Shown here: positions 12,848 through 13,491 of the stretch, piece after piece | Layout: each line of letters starts with the position of its first letter | Numbering within the stretch: position 1 is the first letter of the stretch | Source of the DNA: Candidatus Thorarchaeota archaeon | GTDB lineage: Archaea > Asgardarchaeota > Thorarchaeia > Thorarchaeales > Thorarchaeaceae | NCBI GenBank assembly: GCA_016839445.1 | Contig: JAEOUG010000095.1 | Span: 1 to 13,491, forward strand | DNA length: 13,491 nucleotides | Direction of reading: 5' to 3' | Position numbers and translations under genes: made by a program | The notes under the pieces: model-generated | The model's database searches: none | Seen by the model: only the letters and a program-made list of their open reading frames with translations | What the model was told of the DNA's origin: nothing

Positions 12848-13491
12848 GAAGTTGCGGCCACCTCCTCAAGGTCGACAGACACAATCCTTGAGATTCCATC
12901 TTGGTTCGAGATTCCCACCAGAAGATCTGCCTTCTTAATGGTCGTTTCCCTCAGGGATACAACGATGAACTGAGAATTCTTGGACATTTCAGAGATGAGT
13001 AGGGCTACATTGTTGGCATTTACATTGTCGAGTGCTGCGTCAATCTCATCGAAGACGTAGAAGGATGCTGGGCTGTACATCTGAACTGCAAAGATGAGCG
13101 CTAGGCCTGTAAGGGTCTTCTCTCCTCCACTCATTGCATCAAGTGTCACCAGGTCCTTGCCCCTAGGCTTGGAACGAACCGTTATCCCTCCCATGAGTGG
13201 ATGCTCTGGATTCTCAAGCATTAGGCTCGCTTCCCCTCCTGGAGAGAGCTTCGCAAAGACCCGTGCGAAGTTGTCCGCTATCTCATTGTAGACTGTCAGG
13301 AACTTCTGTGTCTTCTCTCTCTCCAGTTCCTCCATGAAGGCGAGAATTTCCTTTCTCTCCTCTTCAAGCTTCGTCTTCTTATCGACAATCTCTTCGTACT
13401 TATCCTTCTCCATATCATAGTCTGTCAGAGCCTTGAGATTGACGGGCCCCAGCACTTCAAGGTCCCTCTCCAACTCTCGTATCTTCTCTTC
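12844..13491 (-). CDS. smc: Chromosome segregation ATPase Smc, C-terminal part (runs off the right edge)
   Basis: Frame is open to the window edge (EEKIRELERDLEVLGPVNLKA). Coiled coil, signature AMSGGEK, Walker B/D-loop FYVFDEIDAALD and 'QFIVVSLR'. ATGA overlap with scpA. Confidence 0.97.
   Translation of the reverse strand, partial: EEKIRELERDLEVLGPVNLKALTDYDMEKDKYEEIVDKKTKLEEERKEILAFMEELEREKTQKFLTVYNEIADNFARVFAKLSPGGEASLMLENPEHPLMGGITVRSKPRGKDLVTLDAMSGGEKTLTGLALIFAVQMYSPASFYVFDEIDAALDNVNANNVALLISEMSKNSQFIVVSLRETTIKKADLLVGISNQDGISRIVSVDLEEVAATS

Noticed and set aside
1-13491. CRISPR array, transposase, integrase or defence island
   Set aside because: No regularly spaced repeats, terminal inverted repeats or mobile-element proteins. 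The smc-scpA-scpB genes are housekeeping type, with no JetD/MksG nuclease adjacent on the visible side.

Overview
Gene-dense, intron-free archaeal core-genome window. Archaeal origin rests on ribosomal protein eS8, archaeal-type Smc/ScpA and GGAGG/GGTGA ribosome-binding sites. An Asgard lineage such as Thorarchaeia is suspected but only inferred. From left to right: the 5' part of an RqcH/NEMF ribosome-quality-control gene (minus strand, missed by the ORF track), divergent from an EMC6/Rab5ip-like membrane protein; an Lrp/AsnC regulator and a single-domain KaiC/RAD55 ATPase, converging on a small A24 prepilin peptidase; a four-gene C4-dicarboxylate cluster (split class I fumarate hydratase alpha/beta plus a soluble thiol:fumarate reductase-like TfrAB with no membrane anchor); two unannotated minus-strand genes (a ~418-aa helical protein with four repeated His motifs, and a 176-aa SHOCT-like/PCI-like winged helix/zinc-ribbon protein); hypA and hypE separated by an inverted rps8e; and a tightly coupled smc(3' part)-scpA-scpB operon. 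No RNA genes, CRISPR arrays or mobile elements were recognised. The best candidates for undescribed biology are the PCI-like/zinc-ribbon plus four-His gene pair and the TfrAB-like enzyme that retains the covalent-FAD histidine.
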